A DNA stretch of 64,000 bases from Iphione sp. A-MEVVRFRX5 (GCA_976226885.1 OZ320321.1:43524001-43588000), one strand, 5' to 3'. Numbered from the stretch's first letter, positions 36,967-49,699 are shown. Notes: generated from the sequence alone by a model not told the origin. Numbers and translations are program-made.

Positions 36967-39900
36967 CTGCAACAAAGAGCAAGCATCAACCTGTATATAA
37001 ACGCCAACCCGTAATACTCTATTTGTGGATGTACAACAAAATACTAGCAGCGCTAAAGGACTAGTTCCATTGCTAGGATAACCAATGGAGTGCCTTGGTA
37101 GGGAGACCATATGTAACCAGCCATGGAAAAGGGGTATTCCAGGCATCGGGTTAAACTTAAATAACCTGAAACGAAGAGGATTGTCATGGAAACTTTATTC
37201 GGTTATTTGCTGCACGCATTAGTTTTGGAAATCTTCAAATCCCAATGTAATTTTAGTCATGTGATGAGATACAGTATACACTGAATTACAATATTTGTCA
37301 GGAAATTCGAAATAATACCATATCAGAACTCGTATTGTTGGCTGGAGCTCAAAGTTGATAAAACCAGTCTTCGGCCTCAACCTCTAAACTTACCCTACCC
37401 CCTGGTCCATACTTAAACAGAAAGAATTCATTGTGTAATTCATAATTCCGTTCTCCTCTCTTTTGTATGGTACAACAGCCTCTGTGCCTAAAGTATAGGC
37501 CTAATCACTATGATGACAGAGGGCAAANNNNNNNNNNNNNNNNNNNNNNNNNNNNNNNNNNNNNNNNNNNNNNNNNNNNNNNNNNNNNNNNNNNNNNNNN
37601 NNNNNNNNNNNNNNNNNNNNNNNNNNNNNNNNNNNNNNNNNNNNNNNNNNNNNNNNNNNNNNNNNNNTGATGATCCTTCTCTAACGAAGCGTCACAACTT
37701 ACACCATGGTGCCCTCTCCGGGCGTGCCAGCCGTCTGAGCCTGTAGAACCTCCTGCACGTTCTCGCGCGAGTATAGGCCCAAGGGCGTGTTGTACTGCAG
37801 GTGGGCGACCTTGGCTTCTCCCTCGTGCTGGCTGGGAGCGTGCTGTTGGTACTCGGGCGCCTGGCCGGGCGCATAGTGCACGTTCTGCACGCGCGGCTTG
37901 TGCACGGCCGCAGCGGCCTGGCCAGCGTCTGGCAGGGGTGAACGCTGACGTCGACGCGGCTGTTCCTGCGGTTGCAGCTGCGGCTGGGGAGACGCCGGCT
38001 GCTGCTGCTGCTGGGCTTGCTGCGGCTGGGGCTGAGGCGCTACCTGCCGCTGCATTGCCGGCTGTGGAGATCGGCCTCGTTGGCCACCTACGGGACTCGG
38101 CGACGTGGTGTTCTCCGGCATGACGGAAGCAGCGGCCGCCACTTCCCATGGCTTCACGCCACCACCCGACTTCAGCGTTCCTGCCCAGGCAGGCGTATCC
38201 GGTTCTTCGATTCTTGGCACCTGGTAGGGAGCCGGCGCTGGAGCTGCAGGGGGCTGCGGGTGGTGTGCGGGGGCAGGGAACCGTTGCGGAGAGGTGGGGG
38301 CCTTTACAGGGGACCAGCCGCCCTGAGCCGCTGCCTGGGGCTTCTGCTGCTTCGGCGCCCATCCTGGCTCGTAGAATGGCTTCCCACCGTAAATGCCGGG
38401 GTCCGGTGGCTTCCATTGCTTAGTCGGACGCCCACTAGGTCGAGCTGTAAGCATGAAATGTAAATTGTACCTATCAGGCGAGATTGTGTTGCACATGTTT
38501 TCAACATGAGTGAATCCCACATATCCTAGACAGGTAGTAGTGTATTGTATTTAAGCCACTACACTCATCAGCGTTAGAACAGGCTACGTCTAATAGCGAC
38601 ACAACCATAGCTAAACGACTAAATGACTCCGCTGGATCACCTCCATGCTTTCAAATAAAATATGTTAATAACACATGACTATACTAATAGAGTAAAAACA
38701 TGTAGTTATCTCTTCGACATTTCTTTAATATTTTACGGAAGATTATAATAAAACTTCATGGCGGGGGTATGATGAATCCCTAAACTAAATGTTGCTTCTC
38801 GAATTGAAACACGTTCAGTTCAGGAGTTTGATTAAATAGGGGTCTGCAGGTAGGGATCTAACGCCAGACGAAACACATGGGTTGTCAACTCGAGCATATG
38901 TCCCCGAGTTTAAGCAAGGGGATGGATTTAGTGATTCTGAAAAGAATAGCAGTTAAAAAAAAGATTGCCGGTTAATAGGATTTTCACAGGGCTTCACAAT
39001 CATTGGTTCTGTTCAAGTGTGGCAACAATGAGCCGATTGCCAAACTTTGAAGAAACGGGTAGTGTGGATGTCACTTTAACAAATTGTGATGTCATAATGA
39101 GAATCAAGTAATCAGATCGCTTAATTTTTTTTGGACAATGTAACAATTTGGTAAAAGTTATATCTACAGTGCCCGGTTCTTTAACTGTTGGCGATAGGCC
39201 CATTCAGTTCATGCCCATCGTTTTACTCCAGTTATCCAACCTGCACAGGCCATCGGTAACTTTCCAGCAGTCTGTGTCAGGGACTTAAAAGTAGTAGGCA
39301 CACATACCAACTGAATTGCGAGTTTTAACTGGAGAGACAGAGAAAGTATCTTGGCAGTAATATCGTGGCTGAAAATAAATGAGAGAATTACGGAGAAGGA
39401 GGACGATGTTAAATTGCAAATACACGTACATCAAGGCGCACCGAGAGAACGGAGACAAAGGACAATATGATTCGGTAAGAGGACTCCAAAGAAGACGGAT
39501 CGGTGTCATAGAGCAGCACGAGAAGGGAACGGCCAGATGTAGTCCAAGAGCTGAGAGGGCAACAGTACGGAGACGGTCAATTGGTCACGAGCAGCTCATA
39601 GCGAGCCGCTCAGGGTGGGGACGCGCTGCTCCTACTTACAGTCTTCTTCGACTTGAATATCTCGTGTCATATCAATCTGTGGTGGCGGCGGTGCGCGGTT
39701 GGCGCCTCTTGATCGCCGGGGCTTCGAACCGAATTTTTTCTTAAGCTCTTTGACCGGTGTGTGCTTATACTCCTCCACTTCGACTGTAAGTTAATGACAT
39801 GTTTATTGTCCAAATAGACCGTTCTTATTGTGTAGGTGGCTTTTGCTTAATTCAACGCCAAAGAATGTACATGTGCGTTCGTTTACAGAAAACAATCGAT

Positions 39901-42900
39901 GTTCGTGTTCAAAGAATATTTTAAAGTAAAATTCACTATACATATAAACTAAACCAGAAAACAAGGCTGAAAAGACAAGCCAGCAAGGACGGACTGAAGG
40001 ACAGGGACGCCACTACCACTGCTTTTATGTAAAACTATTCTTGAACAGAACCAAAGATATAAAATATTTAGTAACACATCTTTAATGCCTGCAAACAACT
40101 CCGCCAAACTTGAAAGTAAGATGCAATCAGTAAATATTTTATTATAAAAGACATTCTACTGTTTCAAAACTGTTATCACCTTTAGTTAATGCTGCGTGTT
40201 GCATATACGAGCAGGACAAATATGGACATGTCCATAGGATAAAATATACATATTCTTGGCCTTACTAGTGACATTCTTTAGTTGCATTGATAACACCTAC
40301 TTATGTTGGTTGTAACAATCTTTATTTAGCACATTATATGTACCATGAATATAACCTTTTCCATTTCAGAAATATGTTGCTTCAAAATATCATTGGAATA
40401 AATGTGTATATACTTGTATATATAATCAGAAGATTATAATACAGATCTTATCATTATGAAGACTAGTTTAATTTTTTTTGCATTCTTTACTGTCGCTGCA
40501 ATATACCGTTGTAGAATTACCAGTTCCTTAGTTGTACATTTTTATAGAAACTACAAATATCTATATTACTGCTTCTATGAGATTTTCACATTCTGTGTAA
40601 AAAGAGAATGAGGAAATGTGCTAATCCTGGAAGTTTAATGGTATTATTTTGTTTGAAGCACATACATGTATATAAGCATGTCAATCCTGTCTAGTGAAAG
40701 CTTCCTTAGCTCATGACCATAATTTTGAATATAGGTTTTCCATAACCTCTTAATAATACTTTGTAAGAAATAAATCGTCAGTCAGCAGCTTATGGCAATT
40801 ACAAATACAATTATATTCTTCTGATATGTAAAATAATAAACGATCGACTCTCAGTGAAAGGAATGTCGCAGTCTGTTTGCGTTTTCAAAGCGATGCATCG
40901 GATATACATGTTTTTATGTAAAGGAAGCAAAGAATTGGTCCAGTGTATCATTAGAATAATTGAATCACATCGAGGAAATCGAGTTTTGATTTAATTTTAT
41001 TAAAAGTTAATCCAATATTTCTATATGAACAGTCTAGGAATGTTTTTCATAATGACGGGTAACTATAAACACTAGTGGAAACGTGGTATATCCAGAGAAA
41101 ACGCTACTGATGAACAACACGGGGATTTACACGGAACAAACACTTAACTAGAGTATATATATATAACCTCTATAACAAAATGAGAACAATTTAGTAATCA
41201 ACGGAAATCGTATACGTACAGCATGCCATGGTGGATGCTACGGCGTTACTCCATTCTCACAGAGGGGAGGGAGGAACAACTAAAGGACCCGCACACCGCC
41301 CACTCTGCATGCACGTGGCCGTCGCGCGAGTAGCTCCAAAGGGTGCCAATCACTATGCTTGAAAGGCAGCGAGAGGGCAATGGCTGCAAATGGTGGTGGT
41401 CACCGGTGGTAGCTTCTCCAGGAGGAGGGCGGCAGACTGGGTCGGCGGCCGAACTCATACTCACGCCGTGGAGGCTGGGGTCGTTCAGTGAACACGCCCA
41501 GCAGGTCGCGAACCGACTTCTGCGAGAAGTCCTCGTCCTCGTCCTCGCCAGCTCCTGCCGAGGCCTGCTTCTGGTACTCCTGCTGCTGGCTCGGAGGCTG
41601 GACTTGCTGCTGGTGTTGGGCAGGGGCTTGGGGAGACCTCATTTTGTGCGAAGAGCCATGCTGCCCGTAACTTTGCCCTGCAAACGCACACACACACTCT
41701 CCATGCTGGGAAGAGGACAGACTCAACAATGTTTACAAGAAGGTAACTGAATCAGGTATACGAGTGGGTTGAAAATGGATTTCGGGGGGTATGGAAAAAC
41801 ATGAAATAGCTCCTGGACACCTTCCAGAATAGTTTGCCTTCAGTAGCCATTCAGAAAGTAAGCTGGAACATCATGCTTGTGCGATGAAATGTAATTTAAA
41901 ATTGTTACCAGCCTCATTTATAAATACAAGATCTTTTCCTATTGTATTAGATGTTTGCTGTGATTTTGAAGCACTCTTGAATAACATATTGTACTAAATT
42001 TGATAGAACAGCATGTGCAGAAGCTGTTCACAGGACTCAAAATGTTGGGAGCCAAATTAAGATCGACTGAACAATAAAAATGGTGCGACAATAAACTTAC
42101 AATTAAGGATGTTTCAAACCAGGTAGCACGCCAATGGAGGTTTGAACACATACATGTACATTCGAACACCATTAGACATGATTTTTGTAGCAGGGAGGTG
42201 AAGAAGACAGACAAACGAGCAAAATGTTTCTTCAGATTTGAGAAGTGGGAAAGGACGCAACGGGACTGGCAAGTTGTTATTGTTAATAATAGGTTACAGA
42301 CATGGGGCGTGAGGGTGCACAGAACAAACCAATGTATTGCCTGAGAGTTTCACCTTTCAAAAAAATAACATTGAAAATACATTGGCCGCATGTAATGTCT
42401 TCTGTGGGTTACTTACCATACTGGGCCGGCGGTGGGGGCTCCTGGAAGGTCCTGGTCCTGTCATGGACCGAGCGATATTCGTACTCGGGATCTTCATCGT
42501 ACGCTCCCGGCTGCCAGATGGCAGCATTTAGCGACCTCTGCACCTTGGAGAGCATGCCCCGCGGACCGCCACTGGGGGCGCCAACACTAACGCCACCGCC
42601 GGAAGTAGGAATTGTTTTCGGGAAGCGAGGGCCTTTGCTGTAGTCCTGTCCGAAAGACGGCACGTTAGTGTAGGTGGGGACCGGCGGCCGCGGTTTGGGG
42701 ACGAAGGCCAAGGCACCAGCAGCTGTCGCTGGACCTGGGCCTTGGAAGAACTGTGAATGAAAGAAAAAAACAAGAACCCGTATCATTTATAAGTTCTCTT
42801 AGAGAACCACATTCCGATTGTCAATGCAGATCAGTATCATGTTCCTAAGGTCAGACATAGTAGAGGAAATGTACCTCCTTATCACATTCACAGTTCAGGG

Positions 42901-45900
42901 ACAAATCTGGCCTAATTCAACGTTCCTCCTAATGTAGTCAATATTAGGTTGAACATTGTACTGGGTTTGTAACCTTCTACATGGGCGCAATATCGCAGGG
43001 GTGTAGCATTTTGGCACATTCATACTAATACATGTAATTTCTATGAGTGGTGATGGTATTGTCCCATCATTTCTCAGGACACAAAAGCATATATGACACA
43101 TATCTGTGTTGTAGCAAATGCAAGGGGGCATCACTGCCTGTGTTGAGCTGCAATATTGAACATACCAGAAGACAATTGAGTAAGAATGCTTGGAAATGTT
43201 CAACTAAAAAAACAATTCTTTCAAAGAACCAAAAGGGAAAGATAGAACATTAGTGTAAGCAGGAGCTACTAGCAATAGCTGCAGAGGAACAGGAGCTGTA
43301 AACAATATTCTTGCTGAAAAACGAAAGACGCTGACAGCACATAAAACTTTGCCAATAACCATGGCAGGTTTCCTGACGACTAGTTGGAAACTACAATAGC
43401 TTCCAGTCTCCCTAGTTTTTCCTCTTTCTCTAAAACTATTTCCACTCTTCGAGGTGAAGGCGTTATATGTTGAAAATGGGGCATATGCATATGGTCTAAT
43501 TATATGAATGTCACACCTTGGTTCTCTAGGGTTGTTTTTGATGATCAATTTACCCTCGGGACAGAAATTCAAAGTATGAAATTTGACACAAAAAGAAATG
43601 ACAAAAAAGTTCAGGCCTGCAAGGGTAAATCTGTTGCAGGACCACTTGACATCTTTGTATAAGACTATTACTTGAATTGGGGATGATAAAAATGCGAATA
43701 AAGCACTTCCTGTTCCTAAGTACAGAAAACAATAAAGACTCTCCGTAAGCCTTGTCGAGAAGTATGATAAATAATACCTTTGAATAATAATGCATGTATA
43801 TGTCAGAAATGTACGATGCCCCATACTTGATAAGACATACTATGCTTTCATTCATGGTCTAACAAGGACACGTAGTTCCTTTCCCCTGAACTAACCAGCT
43901 AACAGTATAAGTTTGGTTTCAAGTAAGAAGAAACTACGAGTCCAGCTGAGGTGAACATTTTTTGCTGCTAACTCCTAGTCTGGTAGGGGGATGAGGTTGG
44001 CAGGGTTACAACCTCCATCCTGTGGCTTATGTTGTTATCTTGGGAAACGATCGTGGTAGCTCTAAGACAGCAAAGTTGGATCTTTGCATTCCTTACCTGA
44101 TATTCACTGTGAACTTCAACGGATCCCATTTCCCTACCTTATCAGTAAACACTTAGTGTGCTACTGAATACGTGTTCCGTGACATTATAGTCCGACTTAA
44201 ACTTCTCGAAATACTCATGGCATCTTTAAACTAAGGTTTCAAAAACGGGTGGATGACTGTTGAATCGAACATATTGTGAAGTTACGCAACCTGTGTAACA
44301 TCTGCATATGTGTCTACATTTTCAAATTATATGATCTATTAATAGATGGTTATTTTCTCGAAATTTCTTTTAAGCACACCAGATAATAACTCTCACAGTA
44401 GGAAAGGGCGTCCATTTCTCTCAGCCACCTAACGAAAGGTGTCCTCCCGTACCCTATGATAAATGATATATACCGGACTTACCTCGTTTAAATCGAAAAA
44501 ATACATGACGTCATGGTATTCCTCTGACGTCAGAGATTGGGCGCACGTGCATATGGAGCACAGGGACGCGCAGCGTTTTGAGGGATGAGTGGTCAGATAC
44601 AAGAGGCTCTACTCCGAGGATCAACTATCATCCACCACCCTCCCGGTGGCCTCCAGGATGATACTGGAGCTGCTATCTTGGCTTATTCCACAGGGTCTGT
44701 CCCCGGTGGCCGAGTAGGCGGCCGCCCCCCACCTCTAATGGCACCACCTAGACTTGATCCACATGCTCCAGCATCAGAATTGCACCAACAGCAATAATAT
44801 GTGCATAACATTGGAATGAGTCGCTCAGCTGCGACTGTTATTTACTTTCTGAACATTGTCGAGTAGAAAGTAGCATTGCGAAGGTAGGAAAACAATGATC
44901 CAAGCAAGGGGTGGCCATCTGCTCTCCTACACAACCGATGTGAGCAAAACTAGCGTAGAGGGAACGTGCCACCACCAACACCTACCCAACCACCACCATC
45001 CAGTTCTAGGCTGTTCCAGGGTAGGTCATACCGGGCCTACGTACATCCTTGTCCGCCTGTTTTTAAGCCTAGTATTTTAGTGCTACTGATTGTTTACCAG
45101 TGGTAAGAAGTGGCTTCCGACATGGCTTCACACAATTGGCCCATATCTATTCGCCGACTATGAGTTTCATAACGCTATTTCAGGTAACCCAATATAACAT
45201 TCAAGAAATGTAATAAAATTTGCAATGGTTTTTTTTCCAATCTCTAGTATATCGGCCCACGAACTACACAATTTTGGAATATATGAATGAAATATACATC
45301 ATTATGACATTGGTCCATATCCCTTGACTCCTTGGCATTTACGTTGTATTTGATGATTTACATGTTCATGCATGTGCTATTATAAATATTGGTTCTCAAT
45401 TTAAAAAAAACAATTAAACAGATCTATTTCAGATTTCTCACTCTTCGAACCTTACAGAAGCTTTGTCACTGATATTATACAATGAATTTATACTCTGGAT
45501 GACGCAATACTTTAGACCAAATTCTGACAACCATAGAAATCCCACGAAATGATATCTGGCTGCAATAACAGTGTTATATGAATTATACGTGTCTGACTTT
45601 TTCACCCGGAAGTGTTTTCCCCCCTTTCAAGCCAGGGAGATACCGCCCGAGCTGAATTTACCGGCTCTAAACCATTGCCTATTTGTTTTTGTAGATTTTC
45701 CCTGTTTACAGCCCATCACCGCATGCTTGATGCCCCGACGGGAAATCTGTACACAACCATTTCGCCTTCTCCCTTCCTTTCATTTCTTCTTTTCTCAATA
45801 TTCAAGAAGAAATTGTACTGATTATAGGCCTACTATTGAACAAAGAACAGTTCAGTATATCATAGAATTCCTTTGCCCTAAAAGGAGGGTCTGAACAACT

Positions 45901-48900
45901 CTTTTACAGAACGGGCATGAGTATGAGAGAAAAGGAGAGAGAGAGCGAGGGAAAGAGAGAAGGAGGGAGAGTAAGAGAGAGAGAGAGGCGGGGGGAGAGA
46001 AGGAGAAAGGAGGAGAGGGTGTGTGTGGAGGGGAAAGAGAGAGAATTATTTCTAATTTTACTATTCTTTAAAATGTAACACATAATCGAGAAAACGCCCG
46101 ATATTGAGATAGTGGGTATACGTGGCAAAGTTAGTTTACACAGTTAGATGATATACATAACACAAAAACGAGGCTATGGAAATGTGCTTACCTGTCCGCC
46201 AGGGGGTGTGGCGAAGACCGGAGCGGGTGCTGGTTCTTGGTGGCCAGAAACGTAGCTGGATCCTCTGAAAGAGAACAGGGGCATAAGTAGATCATAACGA
46301 ATGCGGATAAGTACCCTCTGTAATCGAAACAACTAAGTCAGAACTCTCTAAGTGTTCCATGATACTTCGCTAGGTGAACCTCTCTGGATCATTCTACCTT
46401 CATTAGATAATTCTACAGATATTGGAAAGCGTCATTGCTTAAGGTGATTGGCAGTACATGTATGAAACTATGTTTAACTGACCATACTAGTACGGCGAGT
46501 ACGGCAAGTATTCAAAGGAATACACTGGATTTAAATACTTTATGTATGCTTTCCTCCAGTTGAATAAAAAAATAAGGAAATATATGTATATCTCAAATTT
46601 TACACTGAACCTATTTTTGCCCAGAAATCTTTACTTAGATGTCAATAAGATGTAGTTTTTAGATTCAGACGACCATTGCTTTGATCTAAAGGTGTGTGAC
46701 TATCTTTTATCATATTATTTAACTTACATGCAGATCGGAAACCATATGACAGTGTCAGAGGCTAATCCCAAGCGATACTCGCAAAGAGATTTATTCTATT
46801 AGCTTCTTGTAAAACGGTAAAAACGAGAATGTTTGCATAGAATAGTGGAGCTGGCCGCCGTTTCCATTAGCTAGGGAAATACCGCAGATCCAGAGATGCC
46901 ACTACGGTCGAGCCAGGCTAAAAATAACCCCCGGTAAACAGATACAAAGACGTTGGGATAGGGCTGCGATGGAGGGGTCGGCAAATCGGTGTCGGTGGAT
47001 GCTAGCGGTAAGGAGGGAAGATGGGAGGTTGAACCCTGCCTGTTGGGAAACCATTGGCCGGGCCAGGAGCTCCACTAGTCTATTGCATGGGACAAAAAAG
47101 TTCTACAAGGGTCTCTGAAAAGGTGGGTTACCCTGGTAGTCGTCTGAGCAACGATGAGTGACCTATATTTGTCATACTATCCGAACAGGTGTGTCAACCC
47201 ATTTGTTAGACTAGTGAGAAAAAAAAACTTCGAGCAATGGTACAGTTGTTATTACTGTCAAAAGCAACAAACTTTTCGTATTTGTATTCAATGTCTTCCT
47301 CGGTTTTGTTATTCATGGATGATGATGTTTTTTTGTAACTAGGCGACACGCTTTCACGGAATTTAAAAGTGCAGAGACTTTCCCGCCCAACACGTGCGGT
47401 TATGCTGAAGGTGTACCTCCCTAATTATTGACCGTCTGAAATGCTATCTAGTATTCAACAAACTTCAACACCTCGAGACAGCGTATCGGTAACTGTATCA
47501 TAACGTTCAGTGGGTCTCAAAGAATGCTAAACATAATATGGACGAGACGAACAGGTATCTCTTGGACAGACCAGCCTGTTTGTCAAATGTCCGGTTGTTG
47601 GCAAACCTAAGGAACCATATACATGTATATGTGTAACCATTATATCGCTAAGCATTTCTTGAAGGTCATGGAAAGGGCAAATTGTTGGGAACGTTGAACT
47701 ACATTAGAACTCTTGAAGGTAACATGTGAAAAGGACCGTCTGGGTAAAAGGTTCGCAGTTGTTTTGAAGGGTTGTTACTCTAAGCTTAAAGATTTATAAA
47801 ATAGATGTCTTCAGCCGTACGTATTAAAGACACACAAACTGTATAGCTTTGTACGTTACCTTTTTAGCTGGGCTTACTTTCTCTATGGTTTCAGGCGAAA
47901 CTGATGATAACTACTTCGTATTTTCCAAAGTAAGGTCTCTAATTTGTGTTCCAGCACTTAAAGTACGACAACGAGCGAATAGCTGGGTGTCTGAGCTATA
48001 CTTCAGACGTCGCCTGTAGACGGCGCGCGCGTTTGTGAAAGTGTGGTGGGAACGTTTCCGTAGAAACCACCTATGGAGGACTGAGTGGGAGCCGGGGGGG
48101 GGGGGGGTTACCTGCGGGCGTCAGCATATACGCGGAGGAGGGAGGAACCCATACACACCCCTCTACTCCCGAGGCTGCTTCGGACGCCAGGTGTAAACGC
48201 CAAAAAAATCCCGTGTCCACCCCCGAGAACCCCGCAGGTGACCTTGAGGTCAATATATCCCGCCTGATCCTCACCTGTTAGTCCCGCAGTCTGCTTGTGT
48301 ATTGTGCCTTCTTCTTAGGTATACAGAGTCAATGTTTGGAAATACCTGTATATATAAGTGCAGCGTTGTAGTAGACTACGTCAACTTTTCTTAAATCAGT
48401 TGTGTTTTAAAACTCGAATCAGACAGACTATCCTGTACATCTCCGAGGGATACACGGCGTTCCGTCACGACGAAATGTTCAATGGGCGGGGAAATTTTCT
48501 TACTGAGCTACACACAGGTCGATATTCTTAGAAACCTCTTTGTAGGTCATCTTAGCAGAGAGGGAAAAACGTGAAGTAAAGACCTTGCGTGTCTCGAGCA
48601 GACCGGCTTCTCGCTATGTGGCTTTCTAGTTAGGATGAGCTGCTCTTTATCTCGTTGAGACGGCCCTGTGTGGAGTATGCCGGACGGGAATCGTTTGGTG
48701 GTGTTGCTGGGGAAGGCGGGGTCGACGATGGATTGGCTGCAGATATCCTTCATAGTTTGGCATTCCTGTACCCCTCCGCTTTGGGGAATTTCTTATGGCT
48801 GCGTGTGAATGAAACCGTCCCATCTAGTGAGCAAACTACTTTTCTGAAACTGCAGTTCTGGTCGCTTGAAGCGCAATGAAGATTTAGGTGCCATTTTTTT

Positions 48901-49699
48901 GCTACCTGCTGAGTTCTGCGTTGATGTCCGAAACAAAATTTATTCGCCCTAAATATCCCTATCAAAACGGCAATGCATGCGTTTCACATACCGTTTCTAG
49001 GTGATAAAATTTAATGCACAGTGTATTTGTTATTTGATGTTGCTATTTTAATTTAAAGGGAAAGCAAGAAATATGTATGAAACTAAGAGGACGGATACAA
49101 AATTAAATTGTGGATTGAGGAAACTGTCCTGGGTGAATTTTCCCATCGTTATCGTTTTCCTTTGAAGTCCACAAATTAGAAGACCAAAAGAGAATTCAGA
49201 GGTTCAAGATTACTCATTACCACGATTGACTTTTGCTTATAGGTTATTGGACGCGTTCGTGAAGCCATATAGTACATGAACATCAGTGGTTTGACCTTCA
49301 GCTTTGAAACCCTGAAAATGATTTTTTTTGGATAATGGAATCCTGTGCTGAGTGTTAAAGGGGTGATGGGAGGAAAGCAATACGGTAACCTTTCAGTAAA
49401 CCTTCATGGACAAAAAAGATCTTTGCCTCGGTTAGCTGAAGTTAGGCTGAGTGGAAGTGCAAGGATTAGAATAGGTAAACCCTCCAGAACACACGTGGCT
49501 TCAATAAAAAACAGGAGAGGAAAAAAACCCCAAAAGGTACACCCACTGACCTCCTGACGCGCATGCGAAGAGTCCCACCGGCTTGCTTGATGATGTCCTG
49601 AGCCTGTTTGTGGAACAAGTTGGTGACGTCATGGTTGTCTATGGATACCAGGATGTCTCCTCGGTGAAGTACACCGTCGGCCGGACTCCCAACGAACAC
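36678..49699 (-). CDS. PDZ + ZM-motif protein of the Zasp/ALP-Enigma (PDLIM/LDB3) family, no LIM exons seen, 5'-partial
   Basis: Phase-continuous exons 49699-49551, 46264-46192, 42750-42417, 41677-41465, 39783-39640, 38444-37703, 36966-36678 (TAA); 1944 nt. PDZ: VFVGSPADGVLHRGDILVSIDNHDVTNLFHKQAQDIIKQAGGTLRMRVRR. ZM: AHLQYNTPLGLYSRENVQEVLQAQT. Followed by FDPRQSSVLRMLQEQE and KQSPSMHALE, resembling the family motifs (E)S.V.KMLQE and QS.SF..L. First PDZ exon (PWGF-loop) not found in window. Confidence 0.85.
37528..37667. other. Assembly gap (140 N) in the last intron of the Zasp-like gene
   Basis: Run of N. Confidence 1.
37703..38444 (-). CDS. Zasp-like gene large P/Q-rich exon ending in the ZM motif
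   Basis: atgcttacag|CTCGACCT...ACCATGGT|gtaagt; KVAHLQYNTPLGLYSRENVQEVLQAQT. Confidence 0.9.
39308..39328 (-). CDS. Candidate 21-nt microexon (KTRNSV)
   Basis: actttctctgtctctccag|TTAAAACTCGCAATTCAGTTG|gtatgt, phase 1-1. Confidence 0.45.
39640..39783 (-). CDS. Zasp-like gene symmetric cassette exon (EVEEYKHTPVKELKKKFGSKPRR...)
   Basis: ttaacttacag|...|gtaagt, 144 nt, phase 1-1, stop-free. Confidence 0.72.
41465..41677 (-). CDS. Zasp-like gene symmetric cassette exon (Q-rich, EDEDEDFSQKSVRDLLGVF)
   Basis: tttgcag|...|gtgagt, 213 nt, phase 1-1. Confidence 0.75.
42417..42750 (-). CDS. Zasp-like gene exon, Pro/Gly-rich (FFQGPG...PPPPAQY)
   Basis: ttcattcacag|...|gtaagt, GC-rich ORF, phase 0-1. 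Confidence 0.82.
44097..44129 (-). CDS. Candidate alternative start exon MGSVEVHSEYQ (PDZ-less isoform)
   Basis: ggaaATGG context, 11 codons, CAG|gtaagg donor in phase 0 matching the acceptor at 42750. Confidence 0.4.
44506..44549. promoter_or_regulatory. Cluster of two perfect CRE (TGACGTCA), CCAAT and E-box (CACGTG)
   Basis: TGACGTCA 44506-44513 and 44525-44532, ATTGG 44536-44540, CACGTG 44544-44549; minus-strand donor gag|gtaagt at 44482. Confidence 0.45.
46192..46264 (-). CDS. Zasp-like gene exon, RGSSYVSGHQEPAPAPVFATPPGGQ
   Basis: ctctttcag|...|gtaagc, phase 2-0 fits neighbours. Confidence 0.8.
46837..47083. mobile_element. MITE with ~16-bp TIRs
   Basis: atagaatagtggagct / agctccactagtctat; tgc on both flanks (possible 3-bp TSD). 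Confidence 0.6.
49551..49699 (-). CDS. PDZ domain exon (C-terminal part of PDZ)
   Basis: tctttacag|GTGTTC...AGGAG|gtcagt; GSPAD...GDILVSID..DV..L.H.QAQD.IK.AG..L.M.V.R. Confidence 0.9.

Noticed and set aside
37508-38463. Long overlapping ORFs (302 aa, 163 aa) and plus-strand ORF 36579-37064
   Set aside because: Alternative frames or antisense shadows of GC-rich Zasp-like exons; one runs through the N gap.
42840-43860. 206-aa minus ORF and Cys-containing plus ORF as a transposase
   Set aside because: No catalytic or family motifs recognisable by eye.
45010-45056. Possible alternative last exon ADKDVRRPGMTYPGTA* on the minus strand
   Set aside because: The acceptor (cttaaaaacag) lacks a pyrimidine tract and there is no other support.
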